NCBI GenBank assembly: GCA_045587025.1
Contig: JAZNBK010000053.1
Location: 19,136-83,135 of the forward strand
Reading direction: 5' to 3'
Length of the DNA: 64,000 bases
From: Eubacteriales bacterium
GTDB lineage: Bacteria > Bacillota > Clostridia > Oscillospirales > CAG-272
This document shows, one piece after another, positions 1 to 9,892 of the stretch. The notes below the pieces were generated by a model. That model did not search any database, was not told the origin of the DNA, and worked only from the letters and a program-made list of their open reading frames with translations. The stretch's first letter is position 1, and the number at the start of each line of letters is the position of its first letter. The translations under genes and the position numbers were made by a program.

Positions 1-204
1 GGAAAAGGGAGTATGCATTTTTGCCAAAGATAAAACTGCCCACTCTGAACTATAGTTATTAGATTTGTATAACGAATACAGCATATCACATTCAGGATGA
101 ATTGTCAATAAATTCCCCCAAATATAGGACACATAATCCTATAAAAATATGATTTTAGGGAACCGGACAAGGAGTGAGATATACACCTTGCGATAATTAT
201 GTGT

Positions 205-1122
205 TCAATCGTTAAACGGTATGTCAAAATACTTTAACAACGCTTTATATGTGTCTTGACCGTCAAGACAGGTTTCGATAAGAAATACCCTCTCTCTATT
301 CCATTCCTTTAACCCACGATAATAAAACATCTTTTTGCTATCTTCAATGATGAATGGAACAATATTAAAGCGTAGGCATTCTTTGAAGGTTATCAATCTT
401 CCGACTCTGCCGTTTCCGTCCTGAAACGGATGGATCTTCTCAAAATCGTGATGCATTTTGATGATATCTTCAATGCTTGTATCGGATATTTCAGCATACA
501 CATCAAGAAGTTTTTTCATTTCTCCCGCAACCTCAGCCGGTGGCGTGGTGTCCTGACCACCTACAACGTTAGCTCTTGCTTTATATTCGCCTACATTAAA
601 CCAAGATAAATGCGAATCCTTTGTGCCGGTCTTTAAGATTTTGTGCAATGTCTTAATAACATCTTCTGTAAGCGGTTCTTCGGCACAGTCAATGATATAA
701 TCAATGGCGCGGAAGTGATTTGCTGTTTCGATAATATCGTCAACAGGAACGCCTTGTTCCGCTCCGATAGTATTCGTTTCAAATATAAGACGGGTTTGAT
801 CTTCCGAAAGCTTACTGCCTTCAATGCGGTTAGAATTATACGTAAGCCGCACTTGCGTTTCGTGATAAAGTCCACCGCTAATTTTGGCATATTTTTCTTC
901 TCTTAACACTTGCAGTATTTTATTGTCACTCACTTCGATAACGATATCTTCCTTTTCGCAATCAAAAAAATCGCACAAGCGAACGATAACGTTATCGGAA
1001 AGCTTTTCACCTTTGCCAATTTTGGCAATCGTACGCGAGGATATGCCAAGCTCCCTTGTAAGTTCGGATTTTTTCATGCCTTTTAATTTGAGCAGATGAT
1101 TTAAGCCATCATAAGAATACAT
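205..1122 (-). CDS. Fic/DOC family protein with N-terminal XRE-type HTH (putative AMPylase, class II autoinhibited type)
   Basis: 305-aa ORF. ATG at 1122 follows an AGGGGGGTG RBS. Fic active-site motif HPFQDGNGRVGRL (HxFx[D/E]GNGRxxR). Inhibitory-type motif SNRIEG ([S/T]xxxE[G/N]) lies N-terminal of it. N-terminal HTH MKKSELTRELGISSRTIAKIGKG. Confidence 0.85.
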   Translation of the reverse strand: MYSYDGLNHLLKLKGMKKSELTRELGISSRTIAKIGKGEKLSDNVIVRLCDFFDCEKEDIVIEVSDNKILQVLREEKYAKISGGLYHETQVRLTYNSNRIEGSKLSEDQTRLIFETNTIGAEQGVPVDDIIETANHFRAIDYIIDCAEEPLTEDVIKTLHKILKTGTKDSHLSWFNVGEYKARANVVGGQDTTPPAEVAGEMKKLLDVYAEISDTSIEDIIKMHHDFEKIHPFQDGNGRVGRLITFKECLRFNIVPFIIEDSKKMFYYRGLKEWNRERVFLIETCLDGQDTYKALLKYFDIPFND

Positions 1123-1234
1123 AGTACACCCCCCTAAATTCTTTACTTATTATAACATATTATTCCCAAAAAGTAAAGATATTATTGCAAAATAATAATA
1201 AAAAGTAAAGAAAAAGCATGCCTTTTAGCGTGCT

Positions 1235-1309
1235 TGGCACCCGCAACAGGAATCGAACCTGTAACTAACCCTTAGGAGGGGTTTATTATATCCATTTAAC
1301 TATGCAGGC
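1235..1309 (-). tRNA. tRNA-Arg (anticodon CCU), CCA encoded
   Basis: Reverse complement folds by hand as a cloverleaf: acceptor GCCTGCA/TGCGGGT (two G-U pairs), D arm GTTA-AATGGATA-TAAT, anticodon stem AACCC/GGGTT with loop CTCCTAA, T arm ACAGG-TTCGATT-CCTGT, then discriminator G and CCA. 75 nt. Confidence 0.8.
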
Positions 1310-1557
1310 GTGATATTTAATTGTTTTTTTCGCTCTATTATTGTATCATATTTAATTTTGCTTTGCAAGGGCTTTTTGGAAATTATTTTGCTATTTATAA
1401 TTGTTAACAAAATGTAAAGATTAAGAGTTTATGGACAAAAATTCCCAAAAAAGTGGAAATTATTGCTTATTTATGTTATAATAACTGATGCGATTGTTGT
1501 TTTTATATTAAAAAAGGAAAAACAAAATATTACATTTTAAAATGGAGGATTAGAAAG

Positions 1558-4188
1558 ATGAGCAAAAAGTATGTTTATCTCTTCACCGAGGGCAACGGTT
1601 CTATGCGTGAGCTTCTCGGCGGTAAAGGCGCTAACCTTGCCGAAATGACCAACCTTGGTCTTCCTGTACCTCAGGGCTTCACAATTTCTACCGAAGCTTG
1701 TACACAGTACTATGAGGACGGACAAAAAATTAACGCTGATATTCAGGCGGAAATCATGGAAAATATCGAGAAGATGGAGCAGATTACCGGCAAAAAGTTC
1801 GGCGACCTTGAAAATCCCCTTCTCGTTTCCGTTCGTTCCGGCGCACGCGCTTCTATGCCCGGTATGATGGATACAATTCTTAACCTCGGCTTGAACGAGG
1901 ACGTCGTTGAGGTTATAGCGAAAAAGTCGGGCAATCCCAGATGGGCTTACGACTGCTACAGAAGATTTATTCAGATGTACTCCGACGTAGTTATGGAAGT
2001 AGGTAAAAAGTATTTCGAAGAGCTTATCGACGAAATGAAGGCGAAAAAGGGCGTTACTCAGGACGTTGATCTTTCGGCTGACGACCTCAAGGAGCTTGCT
2101 AATCAGTTCAAAGCAGAATACAAGAACAAGATCGGCTCTGACTTCCCCTCCGACCCCAAGGAACAGCTTCTTGGCGCAGTTAAAGCAGTATTCCGTTCTT
2201 GGGACAACCCCAGAGCTAACGTATACCGCCGCGACAACGATATCCCCTATAGCTGGGGTACGGCAGTAAACGTACAGGCAATGGCATTCGGTAACATGGG
2301 CGATAACTGCGGTACAGGCGTTGCCTTTACCCGTGATCCCTCTACCGGTGAGAAGAAGCTCATGGGCGAATTCCTTACCAATGCGCAGGGCGAGGACGTT
2401 GTTGCAGGCGTTCGTACTCCTATGCCTATCGCAGAAATGGCTAACAAATTCCCCGCTGCCTTCGAACAGTTCAAGAAGGTTTGCGAAATTCTCGAAAATC
2501 ACTATCATGATATGCAGGATATGGAGTTCACCGTTGAAAACGAAAAGCTCTATATGCTCCAGACCAGAAACGGTAAGAGAACTGCTCCCGCAGCTCTCCA
2601 GATCGCAGTTGACCTCGTAGCAGAGGGACACAAGACCAAGGAAGAGGCCGTTCTTATGATCGACCCCAGAAACCTTGACACTCTCCTTCACCCCCAATTT
2701 GACGCAAAGGCACTCAAAGCCGCTACTCCTATGGGACGCGGTCTTGGCGCATCTCCCGGAGCTGCTTGCGGTCAGGTAGTATTCTCCGCAGAGGATGCTG
2801 AAAAGTGGAAGGAAGCAGGCAAGAAGGTTGTTCTTGTTCGTCTCGAAACCTCTCCCGAGGACATTACGGGTATGAAGGCATCTCAGGGTATCCTCACCGT
2901 TCGTGGCGGTATGACCTCTCATGCAGCAGTTGTTGCAAGAGGTATGGGTAAGTGCTGCGTTTCCGGATGCGGCGAAATCGCTATGGACGAGGAGAACAAA
3001 AAGTTCACTCTCGCAGGTAAAACCTTCCACGAGGGCGACTACATCTCTATCGATGGCTCTACCGGTAACATTTACGACGGTATCATTCCTACCGTTGACG
3101 CAGAAATTTCCGGAAACTTCGGCACAATCATGGGTTGGGCTGATGAGTTCCGTACTCTTAAGGTAAGAACAAACGCTGATACTCCCGCAGACGCTAAGAG
3201 AGCTCGTGTGCTCGGCGCAGAGGGTATCGGTCTTTGCCGTACCGAGCATATGTTCTTTGAAGCTGACAGAATTGCCGCTTTCAGAGAAATGATTTGCGCA
3301 GATACTGCTGAAGCAAGAGAAATAGCTCTTGAAAAGATTCTTCCCTATCAGCAGTCCGACTTTGAAGGAATCTACGAGGCGCTCGAGGGCACACCCGTAT
3401 GTATAAGATTCCTTGATCCTCCGCTTCACGAATTCGTTCCTCAGACCGAGGAGGACATTGCTCTTCTCGCTAAGGCGCAGGGCAAGACCGTTGAGGACAT
3501 CAAGGCAATCATCGCTTCTCTGCATGAATTCAACCCCATGATGGGACACAGAGGATGCCGTCTTGCAGTTACCTATCCTGAAATTGCGAAGATGCAGACC
3601 AAGGCAGTTATTCGCGCTGCTATAAACGTTCAGAAGAAGCACCCCGAATGGACTATGGTTCCTGAAATTATGATTCCTCTCGTAGGCGACGTTAAGGAGC
3701 TTAAGTTCGTTAAGAACGTAGTTGTCGCTACCGCAGACGCTGAAATCGCAGCTGCAGGCGTATCCCTCAAGTACGAGGTTGGTACGATGATCGAGATTCC
3801 TCGTGCATGCCTTACCGCAGATGAAATCGCAGCAAACGCTGACTTCTTCTGCTTCGGTACTAACGACCTTACCCAGATGACTTACGGCTTCTCCCGTGAT
3901 GACGCAGGTAAGTTCCTCGGCGCTTACTACGACGCTAAGATTTTTGAAAACGATCCCTTCGCAAAGCTCGACCAGACCGGTGTCGGCAAGCTTATGAATA
4001 TGGCGGTTGCCCTCGGCAGACCCGTAAATAAGAACCTCCACGTAGGTATTTGCGGTGAGCACGGCGGCGATCCCACGTCGGTAGAATTCTGCCATGAAAT
4101 TGGTCTTGACTACGTTTCCTGCTCGCCCTTCCGTGTTCCGATCGCAAGACTTGCGGCAGCACAGGCAGCTATTAAGGAATCCAAGTAA
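1558..4188 (+). CDS. ppdK: pyruvate, phosphate dikinase
   Basis: 876-aa ORF with a GGAGG RBS upstream. N-terminal GGKGANLAEM ATP-grasp motif. Phosphohistidine swivel motif GGMTSHAAVVARGMGK. C-terminal PEP-utilising TIM-barrel (CRTEHMFF, FFCFGTNDLTQ). Confidence 0.97.
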   Translation: MSKKYVYLFTEGNGSMRELLGGKGANLAEMTNLGLPVPQGFTISTEACTQYYEDGQKINADIQAEIMENIEKMEQITGKKFGDLENPLLVSVRSGARASMPGMMDTILNLGLNEDVVEVIAKKSGNPRWAYDCYRRFIQMYSDVVMEVGKKYFEELIDEMKAKKGVTQDVDLSADDLKELANQFKAEYKNKIGSDFPSDPKEQLLGAVKAVFRSWDNPRANVYRRDNDIPYSWGTAVNVQAMAFGNMGDNCGTGVAFTRDPSTGEKKLMGEFLTNAQGEDVVAGVRTPMPIAEMANKFPAAFEQFKKVCEILENHYHDMQDMEFTVENEKLYMLQTRNGKRTAPAALQIAVDLVAEGHKTKEEAVLMIDPRNLDTLLHPQFDAKALKAATPMGRGLGASPGAACGQVVFSAEDAEKWKEAGKKVVLVRLETSPEDITGMKASQGILTVRGGMTSHAAVVARGMGKCCVSGCGEIAMDEENKKFTLAGKTFHEGDYISIDGSTGNIYDGIIPTVDAEISGNFGTIMGWADEFRTLKVRTNADTPADAKRARVLGAEGIGLCRTEHMFFEADRIAAFREMICADTAEAREIALEKILPYQQSDFEGIYEALEGTPVCIRFLDPPLHEFVPQTEEDIALLAKAQGKTVEDIKAIIASLHEFNPMMGHRGCRLAVTYPEIAKMQTKAVIRAAINVQKKHPEWTMVPEIMIPLVGDVKELKFVKNVVVATADAEIAAAGVSLKYEVGTMIEIPRACLTADEIAANADFFCFGTNDLTQMTYGFSRDDAGKFLGAYYDAKIFENDPFAKLDQTGVGKLMNMAVALGRPVNKNLHVGICGEHGGDPTSVEFCHEIGLDYVSCSPFRVPIARLAAAQAAIKESK

Positions 4189-4204
4189 TTACTTTTGTTT
4201 GCAA

Positions 4205-4238
4205 TCAAGCCCCCTTGAATAAATTCTAGGGGGCTTGA
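4205..4238 (+). terminator. hairpin terminator candidate after ppdK
   Basis: 11-bp perfect stem TCAAGCCCCCT / AGGGGGCTTGA with a 12-nt loop, starting 17 nt after the ppdK stop. The T-tract is weak. Confidence 0.55.
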
Positions 4239-4289
4239 GTTATAAAATAATATTTATATATAAAACAACGTTTAAAGAGGAAATATTTT

Positions 4290-4631
4290 ATGACTACTGT
4301 TCTCACAATATTAATCGGCTGTTATATCCTTTACTTTGTTTTTATGAATATATACTCTGCCTTTGATCATTGCGGCTGGGATACAGATTCAAATCCTGAC
4401 CCAAATGCTAAAATTATCGACATTTCAAGCAAGGAAGTTCAATATGCCAAAAATGGAGTAAAATACAAAACAACAGTAAAATTTTCAGATGGTTTTTACT
4501 TTGTAACATATAAAACCGATCGCAAAGATAAGTTATTTACATATCAAATTTCTATCGATCAACAATTATATGATAAAATAATTTCTAAAGCCGTACAAAA
4601 GCACCTCGAAGCCATAAAAAAACGATTTTGA
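4290..4631 (+). CDS. hypothetical small membrane protein
   Basis: 113-aa ORF with an AAGAGGAAA RBS. One N-terminal TM helix (VLTILIGCYILYFVFMNIY). AT-rich codon usage. No recognisable motif. Confidence 0.5.
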   Translation: MTTVLTILIGCYILYFVFMNIYSAFDHCGWDTDSNPDPNAKIIDISSKEVQYAKNGVKYKTTVKFSDGFYFVTYKTDRKDKLFTYQISIDQQLYDKIISKAVQKHLEAIKKRF

Positions 4632-4764
4632 TAGCAAAAAGGCCTTGAAGCTTTTTTCAGGTTCTTTTTGTTTTTTTGCTTTGTTTTTGTGATTTTTTGA
4701 AAGCTCTTGCTTTTACTTGCAAATTATTGTATACTTATATATAGTTAAAAAAAGGTGGCAAAAA

Positions 4765-5277
4765 ATGAGAAAATTCAGAAAATATAAACCTTTCTTTACA
4801 AATCTTTTAGTATTTCTTGTTTTGCTTGCTGCTTTGTTTTTCTTTCTAAACAAGGAATTCAGGTCTAATATTCCAAGCTGGGAAAACAATCTTTCGCTCG
4901 AAGAGCTGATAAAGCTACATAAATATACTCTGCCGAAAGCGCCCGAGGGCTACGTGAGTATAGGTACGTTTAAGCTCACCGCATATTGCCCCTGTGAAAA
5001 GTGCTGTGGCGTATGGGCTGAAGGGCGTCCGACCGATGAAAACGGAGAAATCGTAATTACCGCATCGGGAGAAAGAGCCGAGCAGGGATTAACCGTAGCG
5101 GCTGATATCGACCTTTTGCCCTTCGGCACCTCGCTTTTGATAGACGGCAAGGAGTATATAGTGCAGGACAGAGGCGGCGCAATCAAGAAAAAACGCCTGG
5201 ACGTCTATTTTGAGGACCACGAGCAAGCCCGTAACTTTGGCGTTCAATATAGAGAGGTCTATATAAAGATTGAATAA
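4765..5277 (+). CDS. 3D domain-containing protein (cell-wall associated, RlpA/MltA-like barrel)
   Basis: The track ORF starts at 4717, but ATG 4765 follows an AAAGGTGG RBS. N-terminal TM/signal anchor. C-terminal 3D-type region FKLTAYCPCEKCCG...TVAADIDLLPFGT...VQDRGGAIKKKRLDVYF. Confidence 0.75.
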   Translation: MRKFRKYKPFFTNLLVFLVLLAALFFFLNKEFRSNIPSWENNLSLEELIKLHKYTLPKAPEGYVSIGTFKLTAYCPCEKCCGVWAEGRPTDENGEIVITASGERAEQGLTVAADIDLLPFGTSLLIDGKEYIVQDRGGAIKKKRLDVYFEDHEQARNFGVQYREVYIKIE

Positions 5278-5282
5278 TAACG

Positions 5283-5323
5283 AAAAAAGCAACGGAAGTC
5301 AAATGAAAATCCGTTGCTTTTTA
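5283..5323. terminator. bidirectional intrinsic terminator
   Basis: A-tract, then 10-bp stem AAGCAACGGA / TCCGTTGCTT, then T-tract. It lies between convergent genes (3D protein on +, ABC exporter on -). Confidence 0.8.
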
Positions 5324-5334
5324 TATTTAAAGGT

Positions 5335-7242
5335 TTATTCAAGCTCAAACGCGCCCGTATAAAGACGGTAATAGGTTCCCTTTTCGCTTATCAGCTTCTC
5401 GTGGTTACCGCGCTCGATAATTTTTCCGTGGTCAAGAACCATAATGACGTCGGAATTTTTTACGGTGGAAAGGCGGTGAGCGATAACGAATACTGTGCGT
5501 CCCTCCATGAGCTTATCCATACCTCGCTGAACTATCGCTTCGGTACGGGTATCTATCGACGAGGTCGCCTCGTCGAGTATCATAACGGGGGGATCGGCTA
5601 CCGCCGCTCTCGCAATAGCGATAAGCTGTCTTTGTCCTTGAGAGAGATTAGAGCCGTTATTTGTAAGCTCGGTATTATATCCGTTCGGCAATCTCGTGAT
5701 AAAATCGTCCGCGCCCGCAAGCTTTGCGGCAGCGATACATTCCTCGTCGGTCGCCTCAAGATTTCCGTAGCGAATATTCTCCATTACGGTTCCCGTAAAG
5801 AGATTCGTATCCTGTAGCACTATTCCGAGAGAACGGCGCAAATCCGATTTCTTTATTTTGTTTATATTTATTCCGTCGTAACGGATTTTTCCGTCGGCAA
5901 TATCGTAGAAGCGATTTATGAGGTTGGTTATCGTGGTTTTTCCCGCGCCCGTCGCGCCAACGAAAGCGACCTTCTGTCCCGGCTCGGCATAGACCGAAAC
6001 GCCGAAAAGAACCGGCTTACCCTCCTCGTAGGAGAAATCGACCTCGTTCAACCTTACGTCGCCTCGCAAGAGCGTGTAGGTGAGACTTCCGTCCTTGTGC
6101 GGATGCTTCCATGCCCAAACGCCTGTGCGCTCGTTTGTTTCGATAATAGAGCCATCCTCGCCGAGCTTCGCGTTTACAAGAGTTACGTATCCGTCGTCCG
6201 CCTCCGGCTTTTCATCCATTAACGAGAACAGTCGCTCGCCACCTGCCAAGCCCATTACGATAGCATTTATCTGCTGCGAGAGCTGATTTATATTTCCTGT
6301 AAACTGTTTAGTCATATTCAGGAAAGGAACGAGCACGCTAACGTCAAAAATCATTCCTGAAATGCTGAAATTCTTCACGCCCGAAACGACGAACAAGCCG
6401 CCTACTATGGCAATCAGCACGTACAAAATATTACCTATATTCATTATGATAGGTCCAAGGGTATTGGCGAAGGCGTGCGCCCTATAGCTATCCTCAAACA
6501 AGGTGTTATTTATTTCATCAAATTCGTCTATGCTTCTCTCTTCATGGCAAAAAACCTTGATGACCTTCTGTCCGTTCATGCTTTCCTGAACGAAGCCCTC
6601 TGTTCGTCCTATCGCCTTTTGCTGACGGATAAAATATTTTGCCGAGCCGCCACCTATTTTCTTGGAAACGAACATCATCGCAATTACGCCGACTAGCAGA
6701 ACCAAGGTCAGCCATACGCTGAAATAAAGCATAATTACGAAAACGCAAAGAACTATCGAAACCGACTGCAAAAGAGCCGGCAAGGACTGCGAAACAAGCT
6801 CACGCAATGCGTCGATATCATTCGTGTAACGGCTCATAATGTCGCCGTGCTTATTGGTATCAAAATATTTAATCGGCAGATTCTGCATTCCGTCAAACAT
6901 AGTGCGACGAAGCTTACTCAAAAAGCCCTGCGTAATATGCGCCATAAGCAACGCCTGCGCAGTTATTGCAATCAGGGAAAGTAAATACAGCGAAGCGAGA
7001 AGAATTATTTTAGGCAATATCTCCTCATACGCCATAACCCAGTTTCGTGTTTCTGCCCACTTATCAATTACGGCAATTACCTTCTGCAAAAACAAGGCGG
7101 GAACTGCCGAGGTAACTGCGGAAAAAAGTATGCAAAATATTGTAACAGGCACTAAGACAGGATAATAATGAAAAAGCAATTTCAAAATTCTGCCGAGTGC
7201 ATTTGCGTTAAATTTTCTTTTCGGCGGTGCGTTTTTATTCAT
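5335..7242 (-). CDS. ABC exporter permease/ATPase, consensus-site half of a heterodimer
   Basis: 635 aa. ATG 7242 follows an AAGGAGAG RBS. N-terminal 6-TM exporter domain. Walker A GATGAGKTT, Walker B VMILDEATS (catalytic E present), deviant signature LSQGQRQ. Overlaps the upstream partner by 8 nt. Confidence 0.9.
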   Translation of the reverse strand: MNKNAPPKRKFNANALGRILKLLFHYYPVLVPVTIFCILFSAVTSAVPALFLQKVIAVIDKWAETRNWVMAYEEILPKIILLASLYLLSLIAITAQALLMAHITQGFLSKLRRTMFDGMQNLPIKYFDTNKHGDIMSRYTNDIDALRELVSQSLPALLQSVSIVLCVFVIMLYFSVWLTLVLLVGVIAMMFVSKKIGGGSAKYFIRQQKAIGRTEGFVQESMNGQKVIKVFCHEERSIDEFDEINNTLFEDSYRAHAFANTLGPIIMNIGNILYVLIAIVGGLFVVSGVKNFSISGMIFDVSVLVPFLNMTKQFTGNINQLSQQINAIVMGLAGGERLFSLMDEKPEADDGYVTLVNAKLGEDGSIIETNERTGVWAWKHPHKDGSLTYTLLRGDVRLNEVDFSYEEGKPVLFGVSVYAEPGQKVAFVGATGAGKTTITNLINRFYDIADGKIRYDGININKIKKSDLRRSLGIVLQDTNLFTGTVMENIRYGNLEATDEECIAAAKLAGADDFITRLPNGYNTELTNNGSNLSQGQRQLIAIARAAVADPPVMILDEATSSIDTRTEAIVQRGMDKLMEGRTVFVIAHRLSTVKNSDVIMVLDHGKIIERGNHEKLISEKGTYYRLYTGAFELE

Positions 7243-8977
7243 TGCTCTCTCCTTTGTATGCTTGTTGTGTATATACTTCTCTATAAATGTCGTTATTTTT
7301 CAGCAATTCATCGTGCGTACCTACGCCGCAAATAGCGCCGTTATCCATAACCAATATCATATCGGCGTCCTGTACGGAGGATATTCTCTGCGCGATTATA
7401 ATCTTCGTAGTTCCTGCGATATATTTTGAAAATCCCGCTCTGATAAGAGAATCCGTCTTGGTATCTACTGCGCTCGTGGAATCGTCCAAAATAAGTATCT
7501 TCGGCTTTTTGAGCAACGCTCTTGCAATACAAAGACGCTGCTTCTGACCGCCCGAAACGTTAGTTCCGCCCTGCTCTATTTTGGTATCGTAGCCATCGGG
7601 GAAGGAGGACACAAAATCATCTGCCTGAGCCAATTTACACGCCTCTATAATTTCCTCGTCGGTCGCATCCTTGTTGCCCCAACGCAAATTTTCCTTAATA
7701 GTGCCCGAAAAGAGCAGATTTTTCTGCAAAACCATAGCAACCGACGAGCGAAGCGCCTCAACGTCGTACTCGCGCACGTCGACACCACCTACTCGCACAC
7801 TTCCCTCGCTTACGTCATAAAGACGTGGAATAAGCTGTACTAACGTAGATTTGCTCGAGCCGGTGCCGCCTATAATTCCTACCGTCATTCCGCTTTCTAT
7901 ATGCAGATTGACGCCCGAAAGCGCATACTTCTCTGCCTTTGAGGAATATTTGAAGCTGACGTTTTCAAAATCAATAGAGCCGTCCTTAACCTCGGTTATA
8001 GCGTCCACCTTCTGCTCAAGGGCAGGTGTCTCGTCAAGAACCTCGCAAATTCGCTTCATAGATTCGGCGGACATAGTCAGCATAACGTAAATCATAGATA
8101 GCATCATAAGGGACATAAGTATCTGCATACCGTACGTGAGCATTGCTGAAATCTGTCCGACGTCTACTATCTCTCCGCCGCTTGTAATAGCCATTTTTGA
8201 GCCGACGAACAGCACGAAAATCATATTGAAATAAAGGCAGAACTGCATTATCGGGCGGTTCATTGCCACTATTTTTTCAGCGCGTGTAAAGTCGTTTCTT
8301 ATTTCCTCGGCAGCATTTCCGAACTTTTCCTTTTCGTATTCCTCCCGGGAAAAGCCCTTTACCACTCTCATTGCTCGAACGTTTTCCTCAATAGATTCGT
8401 TTAGGCGGTCGTATTTTTTGAAAACTCTGCGAAAGGCAGGCATTGCCTTTCTGCTTACGAGGAGAAGTCCGAATATAAGCACGGGTACTACGACAACGAA
8501 TGCGGTAGCGAGAGCGCCACCCATTATATACGCCATAACAATAGAAAAAATGAACATCAGGGGGCTGCGTATCGCCGTTCTGATAAGCATCATAAAGGAC
8601 ATCTGAACGTTTGAAATGTCGGTCGTCATTCGAGTAACGAGTGACGAGGACGAAAATTTATCTATGTTTTCAAACGAGAAGGATTGAATCTTTCTGAAAA
8701 CGTCGCCCCTCAGATTTTTGGCGAAGCCCGCCGACGCCTTGGCGCAGGTAAAGCCGGCAATTCCTCCGCAGGAAAGCGAAATAATCGCCATAAGCGTCAA
8801 AAGCAAGCCGGTTTTCAAAATGCCCTGCATATCCACGCCGTTTTTAATTCTGTTAACCAAGTCCGCGGTAATAAACGGAATAAGCGATTCGATAATTACC
8901 TCGGCTATAATAAAAATTAACGTAAGGAGAGTCGGCTTCTTATACTCTCGCACGCAGGAAGCCATTTTCTTAAACAT
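7235..8977 (-). CDS. ABC exporter permease/ATPase, degenerate-site half of a heterodimer
   Basis: 580 aa with an AAGGA RBS. TMD plus NBD. Walker A GGTGSSKST, canonical signature VSGGQKQR, Walker B ILILDDSTS (D replaces the catalytic E). This asymmetry is typical of LmrCD/BmrCD/TM287-288-type exporters. Confidence 0.9.
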   Translation of the reverse strand: MFKKMASCVREYKKPTLLTLIFIIAEVIIESLIPFITADLVNRIKNGVDMQGILKTGLLLTLMAIISLSCGGIAGFTCAKASAGFAKNLRGDVFRKIQSFSFENIDKFSSSSLVTRMTTDISNVQMSFMMLIRTAIRSPLMFIFSIVMAYIMGGALATAFVVVVPVLIFGLLLVSRKAMPAFRRVFKKYDRLNESIEENVRAMRVVKGFSREEYEKEKFGNAAEEIRNDFTRAEKIVAMNRPIMQFCLYFNMIFVLFVGSKMAITSGGEIVDVGQISAMLTYGMQILMSLMMLSMIYVMLTMSAESMKRICEVLDETPALEQKVDAITEVKDGSIDFENVSFKYSSKAEKYALSGVNLHIESGMTVGIIGGTGSSKSTLVQLIPRLYDVSEGSVRVGGVDVREYDVEALRSSVAMVLQKNLLFSGTIKENLRWGNKDATDEEIIEACKLAQADDFVSSFPDGYDTKIEQGGTNVSGGQKQRLCIARALLKKPKILILDDSTSAVDTKTDSLIRAGFSKYIAGTTKIIIAQRISSVQDADMILVMDNGAICGVGTHDELLKNNDIYREVYTQQAYKGESNE

Positions 8978-9123
8978 ATGTTTTTCCTTTCTTACAAAAT
9001 AACACCTTTTATTGATAAAATTAACTCTTTAATTATAATACTTTACCTACTGTATGTCAAGTGAATCCAATTGCCCTTTTTGTAACTTTTATTGAAACAA
9101 ATATATATTTTTTTGTTTCTATA

Positions 9124-9153
9124 AAGAGGTACGGCGTTTGAGCCGTACCTCTT
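9124..9153. terminator. hairpin (possible terminator after mtnN)
   Basis: 12-bp perfect stem AAGAGGTACGGC / GCCGTACCTCTT with a 6-nt loop, between the mtnN 3' end and the ABC operon start. The flanking T-tract is poor. Confidence 0.45.
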
Positions 9154-9178
9154 TATAACTATTCTATGGCACTTGTTT

Positions 9179-9892
9179 TCAAATACGGGGAATGACCTCG
9201 CATAAAACGTCAACGGCTCTCTTTGCCGCCTCTCTTGCGAACCTCGGATAATCCAGAGTTGCGTTCTCGTCACCCCCGTCGGAAATTGCCCTGATAGCGC
9301 AAAATTCAACCTTGTTCACGTAGCAGACCTGACCTATAGCCGCGCCCTCCATTTCGCACGCCGAGGCGTCGAATATTTTCTTTATTCTTTCTTTTTCCTC
9401 GCTTGCGCTTATGAATTTGTCACCCGACGCAATTCTTCCGTATATGTATGGTATTTTAAGCTTTTCGGCGGCTTCACCTACCAAGCTCGCTATCTTTTTT
9501 GAGGAGGGTATGCTCACTACGTTTATTCCCGAAATCAATCCGACGGGATCACCGATAGCAGAAGTGTCCATATCGTGTTGAACAACGTCTGTCGCAATTA
9601 CCATGCCCCCGATACTGACTTTCTCTGTAAGAGTTCCCGCAACTCCCGTATTTATAATATATTCGGGAGCGAAGCTAAGTATCATCGTTTGCGCGCACAT
9701 AGACGCAAAAACCTTTCCTATCCCGCAAATTGCAACTACGGTATCCTTTCCAAGCAGATTCCCATAATGGAAGCTGACACCACCTAACGTAACCGATTCG
9801 CTGTCGCCCATTCGTGAAAGATAGCCCTCTGCTTCAAGCTCCATTGCGCAAATTATACCTAATTGCATTTTTTTAATCATCGTATTTACCAT
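9179..9892 (-). CDS. mtnN: 5'-methylthioadenosine/S-adenosylhomocysteine nucleosidase
   Basis: MQLGIICAMELEAEG N-terminus and ACEMEGAAIGQV motif are typical of Pfs/MtnN. The start is ambiguous: ATG at 9892, 9880 or 9868. The longest form overlaps the luxS stop. Confidence 0.9.
   Translation of the reverse strand: MVNTMIKKMQLGIICAMELEAEGYLSRMGDSESVTLGGVSFHYGNLLGKDTVVAICGIGKVFASMCAQTMILSFAPEYIINTGVAGTLTEKVSIGGMVIATDVVQHDMDTSAIGDPVGLISGINVVSIPSSKKIASLVGEAAEKLKIPYIYGRIASGDKFISASEEKERIKKIFDASACEMEGAAIGQVCYVNKVEFCAIRAISDGGDENATLDYPRFAREAAKRAVDVLCEVIPRI

Noticed and set aside
1537-4095. 852-aa uninterrupted ORF on the minus strand across ppdK
   Set aside because: It is exactly antisense to a gene with unmistakable PPDK motifs. 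The translated sequence is low-complexity (Cys/Val/Ser/Leu-rich) with no RBS or motif. This is a typical shadow ORF caused by codon bias.
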